DNA from: Octopus vulgaris
Taxonomy: Eukaryota
Assembly (NCBI GenBank): GCA_951406725.2
Contig: OX597831.1
Location: 42,594,001 to 42,658,000, forward strand
Reading direction: 5' to 3'
Length of the DNA stretch: 64,000 nt
The notes beneath the pieces are model-generated. The model ran no database searches and had not been told where the DNA came from. It was given only the letters and a program-made list of their open reading frames with translations. Below, piece after piece: positions 41,790 to 55,876 of the stretch. Made by a program: the position numbers and the translations under genes. Numbering within the stretch: position 1 is the first letter of the stretch; every line of letters starts with the position of its first letter.

Positions 41790-42199
41790 GTAATTTCCAA
41801 ATGGCTTCTTGATTTTCTTCGTAAACTGTTATTTTCGAATATGCGAACTCTGGTGTACAAAGTGAATCGATGACATCTCATCCATCATTGGGCATATGGT
41901 AATGCGTTTCAGAAGTTTAATGGTTTCTCTAACAAATTGATAGCCATAAAGCATGATTTGAGTTTAGTTGTTTGACTTTGTCTTTTATCACCACTACAAA
42001 TGATATCATTGATCAACGGCAAACGTTACTCTTTTACTCTCTCTCTCTGCTCCGGTGAAACTGTTTGTAATAGTGTTTAAGACTTGTTTTTTGCCTTTTT
42101 TTATTATTGTTTTTGCAAGTGAGATCTTTCCGTTGAACAGTGCTTTTGTGTATATAGTTACGATAATCATTTAAATCAATTTCAACTTTTATTATTTTT

Positions 42200-42760
42200 T
42201 TTTATTCTTTTACTTAGTTCCGTCTTTGGACTGCGGCCATGCTAGAGCACAACCTTGAAAAATTTATTCTAACAAATTGCCCCCAGTCCCCAATACTTAC
42301 ATTTTTTTAAAGTTCGGTATTTATTCGATCGGTATATATCTATTTATTTATTCTATCGTGAAGACGCTCATTCTGGTTGTCAAGCGAAGGTGAATGCACA
42401 ATGACGCGCATGCGCACACACACGCTTTCACAGATTCCTTTGAACCGTCATACTCTGGAATATGTATATATATGAGGGGGCTTCCACACAGTTTCTGACT
42501 CCCAGATTCCCTCACAAGACATTGTTTAGATCGGGGCTCTAGCGGAAAATGCATGCAATAAGTGCCATACAGTGGAATTGAACCCGAGACTATGTGACTG
42601 TGAAGCGAACTTCTTAACCACTCAGCCATACAGTGGAATTGAACCCGAGACTATGTGACTGTGAAGCAAACTTCTTAACCACTCAGCCATACAGTGGAAT
42701 TGAACCCGAGACTATGTGACTGTGAAGCGAACTTCTTAACCACTCAGCCATACCTGCGCC
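42200..42760 (-). mobile_element. Divergent SINE family A with a triplicated 61-bp head
   Basis: Family A homology; unit repeats at 42564, 42625 and 42686. Confidence 0.85.
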
Positions 42761-43348
42761 AATAATTTGTGTAAAATTTTCTCTCTCCGAATTTCCAACT
42801 ATCTCTTGACGTCTTCGACGGTTCACGAATTGAAATACAAAACAATTTCATTTATATTATTATTAACGCAACTAAAATTATCCCTTTTAAAACGTAATGT
42901 ATTTTTTACTTAATAAATCATACTTTCATTTTATCGATTATGCAATCTCGTATTCATTTTTCTCATAGCAATAATTTAATCACTAATTGTATTCGTTTAT
43001 CTTTTTCTTTTTGGCACATCAAAACTAGTCTTTTTTTTTTTTAATTATATAAACAAATTAATTGTACGTTTGAGATTTTATCAGCTCCTGTGAAACTCCA
43101 TTGTCTTCCTTGCAGTGCATTTGATAATTATGCAAGTTTATTCATTGTGTTGGTTGTGAAAGTGAAGTCTCATAATTAACTGTATTGCTTTTCAATATTT
43201 TTCGGTCTGCTAGAAAACTTCTTGTCTTTTAAGTAAAAAAAATATAAGGAGCTACGTAAGCTCTCCATACTGCCATAGAAGATTTGAAGCTACACGAAGC
43301 ACAGCATGGGCTCAAAAAGGAAACTTACTTTGACTATCAATATGCAAT

Positions 43349-43799
43349 ATGGCGTCGAGCTGGCAGAATCGTTAGCACGCCGTGCAAAATACTTCGCGGA
43401 ATTTCGTGCGTCTTTACGTTCTAAGTTCAAATTCCGCCAAGGTTGACTTTGCCTTTCATTATTTTGGGGTTGATGAATTAAGTACCAGTGAAACACTGGG
43501 GTTGATGTAATCGACTTATCCCTTCTCCCAAAATTTCAGGCGTTGTGCCATTAGTAGAAATGACTATTATTATTATTATCATTATCATCATTAAGACGGT
43601 GAAATGGCAGAATCGTTAGCATGCCGGGCGAAATGCTTAGCGGCATTTCGTTCGTCTTCACGTTCTGAGTTCAAATTCTCCCGAGGTTGACCTGGCCTTT
43701 CATCTTTTCGGATTAGATAAAATAAGTACCAGTTAAGTACTGGCGTCGATGTAATCGACTGTCCTCTTCCCCAAAATTTCAGGCCTTGTGCCTATAGTA

Positions 43800-43830
<31 letters not shown>

Positions 43831-44047
43831 GGGCGGCAAGCTGGTAGAATCGTTAGCTAGCCGAACCAAATGCTTAGCGGAATTTCCTACGTCTTTATGT
43901 TCTGAGCTCAAGTTCCGTCGAGGTTGATTTTGCCTTTCATCCTTTCAGGGTCAATAAGATAAGTACCAGTTGAGCACTGGGGTCACAATACTCAACTTAA
44001 CCCCTCCCACAAAACTGCTGGCCTTGTGCTAAAATTTGAAACTAATA
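43349..44047 (+). mobile_element. Three head-to-tail SINE family B copies
   Basis: Heads at about 43350, 43594 and 43830, the first two followed by (TAT)n. Confidence 0.9.
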
Positions 44048-44120
44048 TGTAGTTTTGCAACAAATCTTAAGGTTACAGCCGACTTTTATTAAATAGATGA
44101 AAAAGAAAAATAATAGTAAT

Positions 44121-44505
44121 TAGGCGTAGGCATAGCTGTGTGGTATAAAGCTTACTTCCCAACCATATACCACATGGTTCAGGGTTCAACCCCACTGCGA
44201 TTTGGGCAAATGTCTTCTGCTATAGCCTCGGTCCGACCAATTCCTTGTGAGTGGATTTCATAGACGGAAACTGAAAGAAGCTCATTGTATATATGTATGT
44301 ATATATTTATGTGTGAGTGTGTGTCTTTGTGTCAGTGTTTGTCATCCCGTCACCGCTTGACAACCAGTGCTGGTATATTTACGTCCCCGTAACTTGGCGG
44401 TTCGACAAAAGAGATCGATAGAATAAGTACCCGGGGTTGATTCATTCGACTAAAAATTGTTCAAGGCGGTGCACCAGCATGGTCGCAGTCTAATGACTGA
44501 AAGAA
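44121..44505 (+). mobile_element. SINE family A
   Basis: Family A head, body and 3' end. Confidence 0.85.
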
Positions 44506-45270
44506 GATGTAAGTACAAATGTTAGCCCCAACCTCATCACTAAACTCCTGAAGTAGTTTCATTGATTTCACTTATTGCATTATCTAAAACAAGTTGTGAA
44601 GGAGGATTCAGATACCAAAATATGTTTAGAATTCCTTAAATAATGTCTTAGGGAGCCCAGATGTTCGTCATAGTTTGGTAGGAGTTCCGTTGAAACAAAA
44701 GCAAAATCCGATAAAACCTTTCTTTAAATATTCTGTACCAAATCATACATTATTTAATGTCGTAGCACGTTACACATATCTTCTGCTGCGGTTGCTTCTA
44801 ATTTTACCAATTCAAGAGCCGTTATTGGTGAATAATGATCTTATTCATATTCTGGAAATATTGCATGCCCAGATTTCCTAAAAATTAATAAAACTTCATC
44901 AATAATAACACGTTTTTTTTATTATTAGTTTATTAGTTTCCGATAATTTTACTAAAATTTTCATTTCTTGTCAGTTCGGTTAATATGCACTGCAATGAAT
45001 GAGTTTCAGAAAATCACGGATGTAAGAGAATTCTCCTTCGTCCTCCATTCCTGACAGTGGCTGGTTTCCTTTTATGAAGCAGTGAGCGATGTTAACAATT
45101 TAACTACGCAGTTCGATATCTTTTTCATTTATTTGATCAAAAGTTGTAATAAGTGTTACCTTTTTTTTTTAATTCATTTATCACATTTACAATATTGGAG
45201 AACTTGATTCAAAATGTTTTCTTATTTATTTATTCTTTTCATGCATTTAAGTTTTCTGAACTTTTTGTCA

Positions 45271-45793
45271 CGAGTCCATATGCGATAACGCTGTACGCTG
45301 GTCAGTCAGAAAAAAATTACAAAGATTTTATTTTAAAAACTCAGTTATGATAAACATTGGATACATACTCTAACAATTTAAGGATTTTACACTTGCACAA
45401 GCAAAATGCACCCCCTCGTCCAATGGACGGTGCTGAGTTGCCAAACATTTAAACCAAATTTTCTCAAAACAACTTGTCCGACTGTCCCATAGGCCTCCCC
45501 TTTGAGAAACACTGATTTGACCTAAATTTGAGACACCATCAAAAGAAGAAATAAAGATATATTTTTTTCTATTCCAAGAAAAACGATTTTACAAATGCAC
45601 GTTCCCACGGCTTTATCGATCGCATACTCACCTGGAATCGATTTTTGTAATTTTTTCAACACTTATGCACGCCCCGATACCGTCGGTATCTTACATACCA
45701 AATTAGAGCGCAATCGGATGGAAGATGCCCGAGATCCTAGAAGACACACACACACACACACACAGACAGACAGAACGGATTTTATATAATAGA
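45271..45793 (-). mobile_element. Probable non-autonomous Helitron
   Basis: Minus strand A|TCTATTATATAAAA start, (CTGT)/(TG) microsatellite near the 5' end, ends CTCG|T (CTAG-like), no TSD. Confidence 0.5.
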
Positions 45794-45928
45794 TTATACA
45801 TGTATCAAAGCAGATACATGAACCAAAGCAGAACGTATTTCAATCTCTAATGCAGAATTGTTTTGTCTTTCTTGTGAGTTATATGCGATACTGTTATTAA
45901 AGTGGTTATGTGCGAATACATAGTTATA

Positions 45929-46828
45929 CAAGGGTGTTCGGAATAAATTCGACAGTTTGCTTAAAAAGAAAAGAAAACAGAATATACCATCCAAAAATAA
46001 AAGTATTTTTTTTTAAATAAAAAAAATATCAACTAGATTATTGTTGGGTGATAACAGTTTACTTGAAGTAGCCGCTCTCAGCTTCCGCCATAACCTGAAG
46101 AGGATTCCTCCAACTGGCGCATGTGTCCCTGGAACGTTCTTCGAACACCTCCTTGATTTTGGCTGCCATCTCGACCTTGATGTTGCAGGCAGCGCGGTTT
46201 GTGCCTTTTTCAACCATATAGTGTCATGGACATAATAGTCCATAACACTACAATCGGAGGGATTAAGATGCCAGAAATTGGGGCTGGTTAAGTCGTACAA
46301 ATTCTCAGAGAACCACTTCTGACTCTTTCCAGAGGTATGACAAGAAGCCGAATGTTGCTGCCACACAAATGACCTTTCAGCAGAAACCCTCTCCAGTCAG
46401 GGTTTGACCAGTCTTCAGCAGTTTTACATAGCTGTTTGAACTGAACCTAAGACCCTGTTCATCAGTTGTTGGATAAATTCCCGCGTGCGAACGCAACCAG
46501 ACGCCTTTTCAGTCCCTTCTTGGTGGTCACGGCTTCGTAGTTTCCATTGTAGCTGTCCATGTCACATCTTACAGCTTTTACAATGTCCACAAAACATTTA
46601 GCAGCAGTCACGAAGTCACCATTTTGATACCCTACACAAGTCGTCATAATATTGGTAATACTTTTCCAATATTCACATGGCTTCTATCTCTCCATATCAG
46701 CTAACTTTATTTCAAGTACAACTTTAATTTTTATGCTCTCCAACGCCGTTGACTATTCATCAATATACCAATCTGTTTCTGAAAAGAAAATGGACATAAA
46801 ATTTGTTAAATTTAACCCGAACACACCG
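45929..46828 (-). mobile_element. Internally deleted maT/DD37D transposon
   Basis: WQQHSASCH...FWHLNPSDCSVMDYYV with 37-residue spacing (second D changed to H); imperfect TIRs CAAGGGTGTTCGGAATAAATT / AATTTAACCCGAACACACCG. Confidence 0.85.
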
Positions 46829-47849
46829 CACATTTTTTTTGCTCCGTGAAAAGTTGCTTCATCAATAGAGAAATTACTTATATGTTTACATAAGTATTTG
46901 CTTAGTGACATTTAAACGACGGCCGAAATCCGAATGTATATTTAGAGATTGGTTGTTGTAACATCCAATCTTAATATATACATTCAGATTCTAACTGGGT
47001 AATTTACACTATAATATAATTTAATGCTCAGTGTCTCATGGTGGTTCTAAATTCAAACACTGTAGAAGGTCAACATAGTTTTGTATTCTTTCGAAGTCAA
47101 TAAAATATATAGCAATAATTGATGAGTTCTGCAATGCAGTTGAGACTCAGGGGCACCACCAAAGATTTCAACGTTATGTTGTGTATTTTGGCCATGTTTG
47201 CTTGGTGCAGAGCATCGCTCTTTAACATTTACTAACAAGAAAGAGTTGAAGCTAGTAGAAAACGTACCAATTTTACGGTGATTGCTTCTGTTACTTACAA
47301 TAATAACTTACTTCAGCCATACAGGACTTATTTATATTTAGGTCGATTGGGACGTTTAAGAGTGTTAAGTATCTTTTATGTACAGTGGCTGTGTTAAGAC
47401 ATACCTTGTCTGGTTGTCTAATTTTGTTCCTATTCAGGTCTGAAACAAAACAAAAAAACCAAAAAAACAGCATCTACACGCACGTGAGTGTGCACACACA
47501 CACGCGCGCGCACGAAACACGGTCGCTTGATTGTTCTCATATACATAAACAGCACGGATGTGGCGTTCAGTCTGCCTAGGGTCCCACAATGTTTTGCACA
47601 CAAGTGGCAATGATGGGCGCCTCCTGAAGCAGGTGTTCATAGAATTGCCACCCACGCTGACTAAGGACTTAATTCCCTCATGGAATTTTTCACTGAGTAT
47701 GATGCCTTTTTGCAACCAGCTATATTATACAACACACACACACACACAAATGCTTGCATACTTACTTAGATATTCATACGAAACAAATACATATTTAAAT
47801 ATACCATTTATATCTATCATGGTATACTTTTATTCTTTTCTGTTATTCT

Positions 47850-48128
47850 TTTTATTTAGTCATTTGACTGCGGTCATGCTTGAGCACCGCCTTTAGTCGA
47901 ACAAATCGAACCCAGGACTTATTCTATCGGTCTTTTTTGCCGAACCGCTCAGTTGCGGGGATATAAACACACCAACATCGGTTGTCAAGCGATGGTGGGG
48001 GGGACAAACACACACACACACACACACACATACGATGGGTTTCTTTCAGTTTCCGTTTACCAAATCCACGCACAAGGCTTTGGTCGGCCCAAGGCTATAG
48101 TAGAAGACACTTGCCCAAGGTGTCACGC
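47850..48128 (-). mobile_element. SINE family A, head missing
   Basis: Reverse complement of the family A body and tail. Confidence 0.85.
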
Positions 48129-48544
48129 AGAAAGAGGAAGAACAGGAAGTGGGAAAGACACAATAGAAGAGAGGAGGTAAAGGATGGAAGAATGAAGGAA
48201 GGGGTGAGAGGAGGAAAGCTAATTCAATCAGCAATGGCGAAACAGTTATGCAATGAAATACGATAGTATCAATTGTAGTAGTAATGACAATAATAAATAT
48301 AACAGGAGTAGTGGCAATGATAACAATAGTAGTTATAGTGATAATAGTAATAATGATAGGAATAATAACATTAATGATAATAATTATAGTGTGAATGCCT
48401 ACAATAATAATAATAGTAATGATGATGATGATGATGATGACGATGATGATGATGATGATGATGATGATAATAATAATAATAATAATAATGATATTAATAA
48501 TAATAAAACAGTAACAATAATAATAATTATTTGGTCCATAACCA

Positions 48545-49317
48545 TATAGGTGGTAGTAATAAGAATCACAAAATCGATTGTAACTGTAGAGGAGAAAATA
48601 ATTGTCCTTTAAATAAATGTTTTGAGAAGAATATGGTATACAAATACGCGGTAGTTACCCATAGGAAAACTTACTATTACATAGGATGTTGCGCAACAAC
48701 CTTTAAGCTTCGTTATTACAACCACATCTCATTTAAACACAAAGATAAAAACTGACATCACTTAGCAAGCTAATATGGCAATTTAAGGATAATAAAGCTA
48801 AATATGAATTAGAATGGTCGATTTGAAGTGGACCTCATATCCATCTGGGTTATACCCATTAGGATTGTACCTAAAAAGTTCCCCTTCGAGGCACAAGTCT
48901 GAGTAAGGTTCTTTATAGACGACTAGCAGTCACCCATGCATACACGCCTCCCCTCTCCCCACCACCGATGTTATCCAAGGGAAAGGGAAAGCCCGATACA
49001 GCTTGGCATCAGTGACGTCGCTACTCATTTCTATAGCAGACTGAACTGGAACAACGTGAAATAAAGTGTCTTGCTCAAGAACGCAACATACGAACTCACT
49101 ACTTCATGATTGTAGGCCTGACGCTCAAGCCACTGAGCCATGCTCCTTCAGAAGTGGATTAAAATCGTATGAAATAGGACGAACGAGATACGAACTTTGC
49201 CTAGAGAAATCACTCCAAATATTAACGCCAGACAGTAACATATTTAGCCATAGACAGGAATTAGCGATACGCTGTAAGCACATCTATGATACACCCTTCA
49301 GCAGGTTTCCTAGTTAA
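48545..49317 (+). mobile_element. Penelope-like element GIY-YIG endonuclease remnant
   Basis: CNCRGENNCPLNKC..MVY...YYIG...FKLRYYNH, then after the SINE ELCLEKSLQI...RQELAIRCKH. Confidence 0.8.
48833..49150 (-). mobile_element. SINE family D inserted into the Penelope-like ORF
   Basis: GAAGTGGA TSD at 48825-48832 and 49151-49158. Confidence 0.85.
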
Positions 49318-49679
49318 TCTTATTTCAGTAGTGAGAGACAATGTACAAGATGGGTTTGATGCCTAGACAATAAATTTATTATTTTATTTAATTTTTAATT
49401 TTTATCTTATTTTTAATTTTTAACTTAATATTTTCTCTCTGTTTGCTATCCACTTATGCTAGCGCTTTCTCCACCTTTCCATCTTAATAATGTGGATGCT
49501 GGATTTTTCATTCAATTCATCTTTCCTTTTTCTGATATATTTCATTTCCAATGTTAGATAATGATAATAAATAACTCAATATTAGAGATTTAAGACTGGT
49601 GATGAACTTGAACCTCGGACCTTGTCACAAGTATATTTGAGTGGATTTGGTTGACGGAAACTGAAATAATCCCGTCGTA

Positions 49680-49720
<41 letters not shown>

Positions 49721-50730
49721 GTATATGTATATGTATATATATATGTGTGTGTGTGTATGTTTGTGTGTCTGTATCTGTCCTCCAACCGTCGCTTGACAAC
49801 CGATGTTTACATCCCCGCAACTTAGAGGTTCGGCAAAATAAGTCGATAGAATAAGTTCTAGGTTTACAAAGAATACGTCCTAGGGGTCGATTCGTTCGAC
49901 TAAAGGCGGTGCTCCAGCATGGAAGTAAGTGGACACGATATCAAATTTCATTGCAATATCTTGAGTGTATCTGAACCGAAGACAATGTAAAGATTTTGGT
50001 GTGTGATGACCGATTACAAGCACTAAGGCCACATATGCTTTTATTACTGTTCCCTCTTTAATTTCTGGCACTCACATATCCCTTACTGTCTTCATTCATC
50101 CACCCTTTGCCTCTCCGCCCCTATTCTATATCTTCTTGCTCTTTCTTTCTCTTTCCTTTTGTTCTTCTTGTCCAGCTCATCACTTCCTTTTCCATTTTTC
50201 TCTTTATCTTTCTCTTCCACTCACCTCATACTTCTTGCCTCTGTTCGCTCCCCTTCCGAAGCCTGTATCGTTCATTTATCATTGTTCTACTTTGTCTTCC
50301 ATCATAATACTATTACTCCGACGAAAATAGCATTAAATCTTTAAGGTCATTCAATTTTTCTCAACCGATCAATGGACCGATTCAATAAGCTGATCAATGA
50401 ATGAACCTGTAACGATTACCGGAAACAGCTGTGAGTCGAACTTACTACAATGAAAAAATATCGAATGACTATTATTTATACCTTATCTTGTATATCACCC
50501 TGTGTAAGAGAACAGTCTAACTGAGAACACCACCGTAGATTTACAATGTATAATGGTGATGAACTAGAACCTCGGACCTTACCATAAGTATACACGGAGT
50601 TCTTTACAAATCTAAAAAGTTTTGTTAGCCTTGCGTATTTGTATTAACAGAGAGCTTATAAAGTATTTTGCTCGGATTGATAATCCTTCGTTAATAATTC
50701 TGTTTTGATATATATATATATATATATAAG

Positions 50731-51290
<560 letters not shown>

Positions 51291-51303
51291 TACACACACA
51301 CAC

Positions 51304-51336
<33 letters not shown>

Positions 51337-51452
51337 AATGTATGTATGTATGTATGTATGTATATATATATATATATATGTGTATGTATATATATATGTA
51401 TATATATATATATGTATATATATATATGTATGTATATATATGTATAAATATA

Positions 51453-51500
<48 letters not shown>

Positions 51501-51502
51501 TA

Positions 51503-51568
<66 letters not shown>

Positions 51569-51826
51569 CGTACATACTACTTGTAGGTATTCTTTTGTCG
51601 GAGAAGGTCCCCACCGCCGATATATAACTTGTGGTCGAAATATAGTTTCCGGTCATTTTGCTTCCGCTTGCTACTAGGTATTCTATTATAGATATTTAGA
51701 GAATAGCATAATTTCCCTAAAGTGTACGTCAGTATAATTCAATGACGTATAGACTAATATCTGACAAGATGGAGTTATTACAATGTATGTGCATGCGTGT
51801 GTGTACATATATATATGTATGTATGA

Positions 51827-51965
<139 letters not shown>

Positions 51966-51972
51966 TATATAC

Positions 51973-52023
<51 letters not shown>

Positions 52024-52456
52024 TGTGTGTATGAATGTGAGTATGTGCTTGTGTACGCCAGTGTGAATACACACAAATGCATACATATACCTACAGGTTT
52101 CTTAATTCACTTCACTGTCCCTGTATTAGATTGCACCGATCTCCATCAACATGATATGATTAATTACAATACAGTCTAAAATTAACTTCCACCCACTAAT
52201 TATGATCATCAAACCTAGCCTTGATTTAATCCATTCAAATGCTGCAGCAATTGACCTTACCACCGCGACTCCATTACAATTGGCATCATTAATTCGGCTA
52301 TTCTAGTTCACTAAGGTGACTAGCGTACATACTGATTAATTGTGTATATTGTTATACACTGTTTCTTCTAGAACTTTTGTTTACGCGCTACTTTGACCAC
52401 CATTTTGGATTCTTAACTCTTTGCCAGTCCAAAGAATTTTTATAAGTTTGTCCTAA

Positions 52457-52886
52457 AGGCGTAGGAGTGGCTGTGTGGTAAGTAGCTTGCTTGCGAACCA
52501 CATGGTCCCCCGGGTTCAGTCCCACTGCGTGGCACCTTGGGCAAGTGTCTTCTACTATAGCCTCGGGCCGACCAAAGCCCTGTGAGTGGACATGGTAGAC
52601 AGAAACTGAAAGAAGACCGTCGTATGCATATATAAATATGTGTATGTGTGTGTGCGCGTGTGCGCGCGCGCGCGCTTGTGTGTCTGTGTTTTCCCCCGTA
52701 CCATCGCTTGGCAACCGATGTTGGTGCGTTTACATCTTCGTAACTTAACGGTTCAACAAAATAGACCGATATATTAAGTACAAGCCTTACAAAGAATATG
52801 TCCTGGACTCGATTCGTTCGACTAAAGGCGGTGCTCCAGCATGGCCGTAGTCAAAATGACTAAAACAAGCGAAAGAGTAAAAGAGT
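52457..52886 (+). mobile_element. SINE family A
   Basis: Full-length copy. Confidence 0.9.
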
Positions 52887-52979
52887 ATGGCGTATGTGTA
52901 TCATATATGATGCATGAACGCCAGGGAAATATGTGTTGTGTATCAGAAGACAAAGTGTTAACCCTTTGCTTGTTCTAAA

Positions 52980-53320
52980 ATTGGTCAATTGACAATACAT
53001 TTGTTTGTTGAAGTCCACTGGCCATTTGTCAATCCATTAGTCAGCTGATAATCCATTAATCAACTGACAATTCATTGAATGGTTAGCAATACACTGACCG
53101 GTAGACAGTCAGCTGGTTCGGTGTCAGTTTGTCGGTTGACAACATATTAGTCAATTGACAATATGTTATACATTAATCAGTCCACTGTCATTTGAGAATC
53201 AGTCAGTTGATTGACAGTCCATTAACCATTGACAATCAGTTGGTCGATTGACAGTTCATCAACCATTGACAATCGATAGGTCGATTGACAGTCCATTAAT
53301 TGGCTCAGGTAGTTGACATC
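52980..53320. repeat. Degenerate 18-20-bp minisatellite with a GTCAATTGAC-type palindromic core
   Basis: Recurrent CCATTAGTCAATTGACA-like units; 37-bp period at 53209, 53246 and 53283. Confidence 0.75.
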
Positions 53321-53603
53321 AAATTCTTACAATGTCATTTTATTACATGCACTGATTTGCTGATAGGCTGAGGTGGGCATTAACAAACGTTATTGCCAGG
53401 ATTGTGGCATTAACAAACCACAAGACTCAGTCTTCCGCGACGAATCTTGGGGAAAGAGAAGAATCGCTACCATCGACCCCTACACTTGTTTGGTTATTTG
53501 TTCAACCACGAAAAGCTGAAAAGCATAGTTGATCATGGCGAGTTTTGAAACTGAAACTAGAAGGAAAAACTACAACGATTCTGCTAATTCGCCGCTCTCA
53601 GAA

Positions 53604-53674
<71 letters not shown>

Positions 53675-53696
53675 CATCATTATCATTATCATTATA

Positions 53697-53759
<63 letters not shown>

Positions 53760-53995
53760 ATTATTCCTTCGTAACACAGTGTATGTAAAAATGCACCGGA
53801 GTCTTTAGTCATCTGTTAAATCACAACAAGGACCTCAGACAGATAATACTTTCCTTAAGATGTACGCTGTGCCCAATAAGGCTGCTTTTAGCAAGACATC
53901 AATCTTGCATGGGATTTCCAGTTGCCTTAAGAAGAGTTTTGAAATTTCAGTGGGATTGATCCCAACGCACCGATCACCCCCGGTATCACTTTTAC
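53760..53995 (-). mobile_element. Dong/R4-like LINE 3' end in (TAA)n
   Basis: KVIPGVIGALGSIP...LLKAALLGTAYILRKVLSV* then a (TAA)n tail. Confidence 0.85.
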
Positions 53996-54008
53996 ATCAC
54001 CCTCTCGC

Positions 54009-54378
<370 letters not shown>

Positions 54379-54829
54379 GAATGAGAGAGCAGTTCATGCC
54401 ATCTAAGTGACACTGGGGTAAAATATACGAAGCCCAATGTACCCATCATGACTACCCGTCTGATGAGGGTACACCAGGCACATGCATCACAACCATATGG
54501 GGCCGACATGGTGATCTCATATCAAGATAAACAGCACATGACCTTGCAGGTGGGGCCCAGTTAGAATTTTCTTCAGGTTGAGTAGCCCATCCCGCTCAAA
54601 AGGTCCCTGAATAAGGGTTGTTTAAGGATGTTGAAAGATCCACCCATGTTTCCAGAGGTGAATTATTCAAACCCCAAAGAATCCCTCTCAACACATGGCT
54701 ATGATGCTCCCCCACTACTTCTGCTCGTGATCAGAGATGCACATATCGTCAGCCACTAAGGGACATGCTCAACTGGTTAAGGTCAAACAACTGACAAGCA
54801 AATCTGTGGTATTGAGCAGAATATTTGCT

Positions 54830-54830
<1 letters not shown>
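54379..54830 (+). mobile_element. Dispersed repeat embedded in (TTA)n, copy 1
   Basis: High-identity reverse complement of about 55980-56438; strand assignment arbitrary. Confidence 0.85.
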
Positions 54831-54899
<69 letters not shown>

Positions 54900-55641
54900 G
54901 AAGCGGTCTTTTGCCACTGTTGTATCTGTCTTTGTACGACGGTTGTCACTCTGACAGATATTGCTATATTCCGAAATCGTCGATAGAATGTTTCTATCTG
55001 GCACTGTACGGCCCCTAGTCGTACAGTGTTGTTATCCTCAAGAAGTTGAATCGTCATAACGTCCTCTCAGTATCACAGTATGATCACTATATCAGCATAG
55101 ACACGGCTATCAACACAACCTAACACGTATTCTCCGGTACTCTACGTACTCTCTCGACACTGGCGGACGTCACCTTACTTATAGTGATTTCCTCATTTCA
55201 CTCGTCACGTGACAGGGGTGTACCATTAGTAATAATTCCCAACAACAATGACGATGATGATGATAATGATGACAATAAAGACAAAACTTGGCACAACCCC
55301 AGCAGTTTTACGGTGACTTTATTCGAGGGTGGGGGATCTGGTACCTCAGTGGTGTTTTATTTCATCAGCTCCTGGGGAAAACGAAGTTAACCTCGGCTGG
55401 ATTTGAATTCAGAACGGAATGAGCCGGGGAAAAATGCCGCTAAGCATTTTTTTTTCTGACGCACTAACAACTCTGTCCAGCCCCACTACTCTCCTCAGTA
55501 ATGATGATGATGATAATCGACTCCAGTATACTACTGGTACTTACTTTATCGACCCCTGAAAGGATTACAGGCAAAGTCGACTTCGGGGAAATTTTGAACT
55601 CAAACCGTAAATCATTTTGTTTGGCGTGCCAGCTCGCTGCC

Positions 55642-55691
<50 letters not shown>

Positions 55692-55761
55692 TCTTCTTCT
55701 TCTTCTTCTTCTTCTTCTTCTTCTTCTTCTTCTTCTTCTTCTTCTTCTTCTTCTTCTTCTT

Positions 55762-55863
<102 letters not shown>

Positions 55864-55876
55864 ATTATTATAATAA

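Noticed and set aside
42564-42753. CRISPR-like regular repeats (also 7759-7906 and 52980-53320)
   Set aside because: No unique spacers, no cas genes, eukaryotic context
47570-47725. mariner C-terminus remnant (FHEGIKSLV)
   Set aside because: Only one short motif and an uncertain TIR
54461-54490. CTGATGA as a hammerhead core (also about 22998, 32764 and 20394)
   Set aside because: No stem II followed by GAAA
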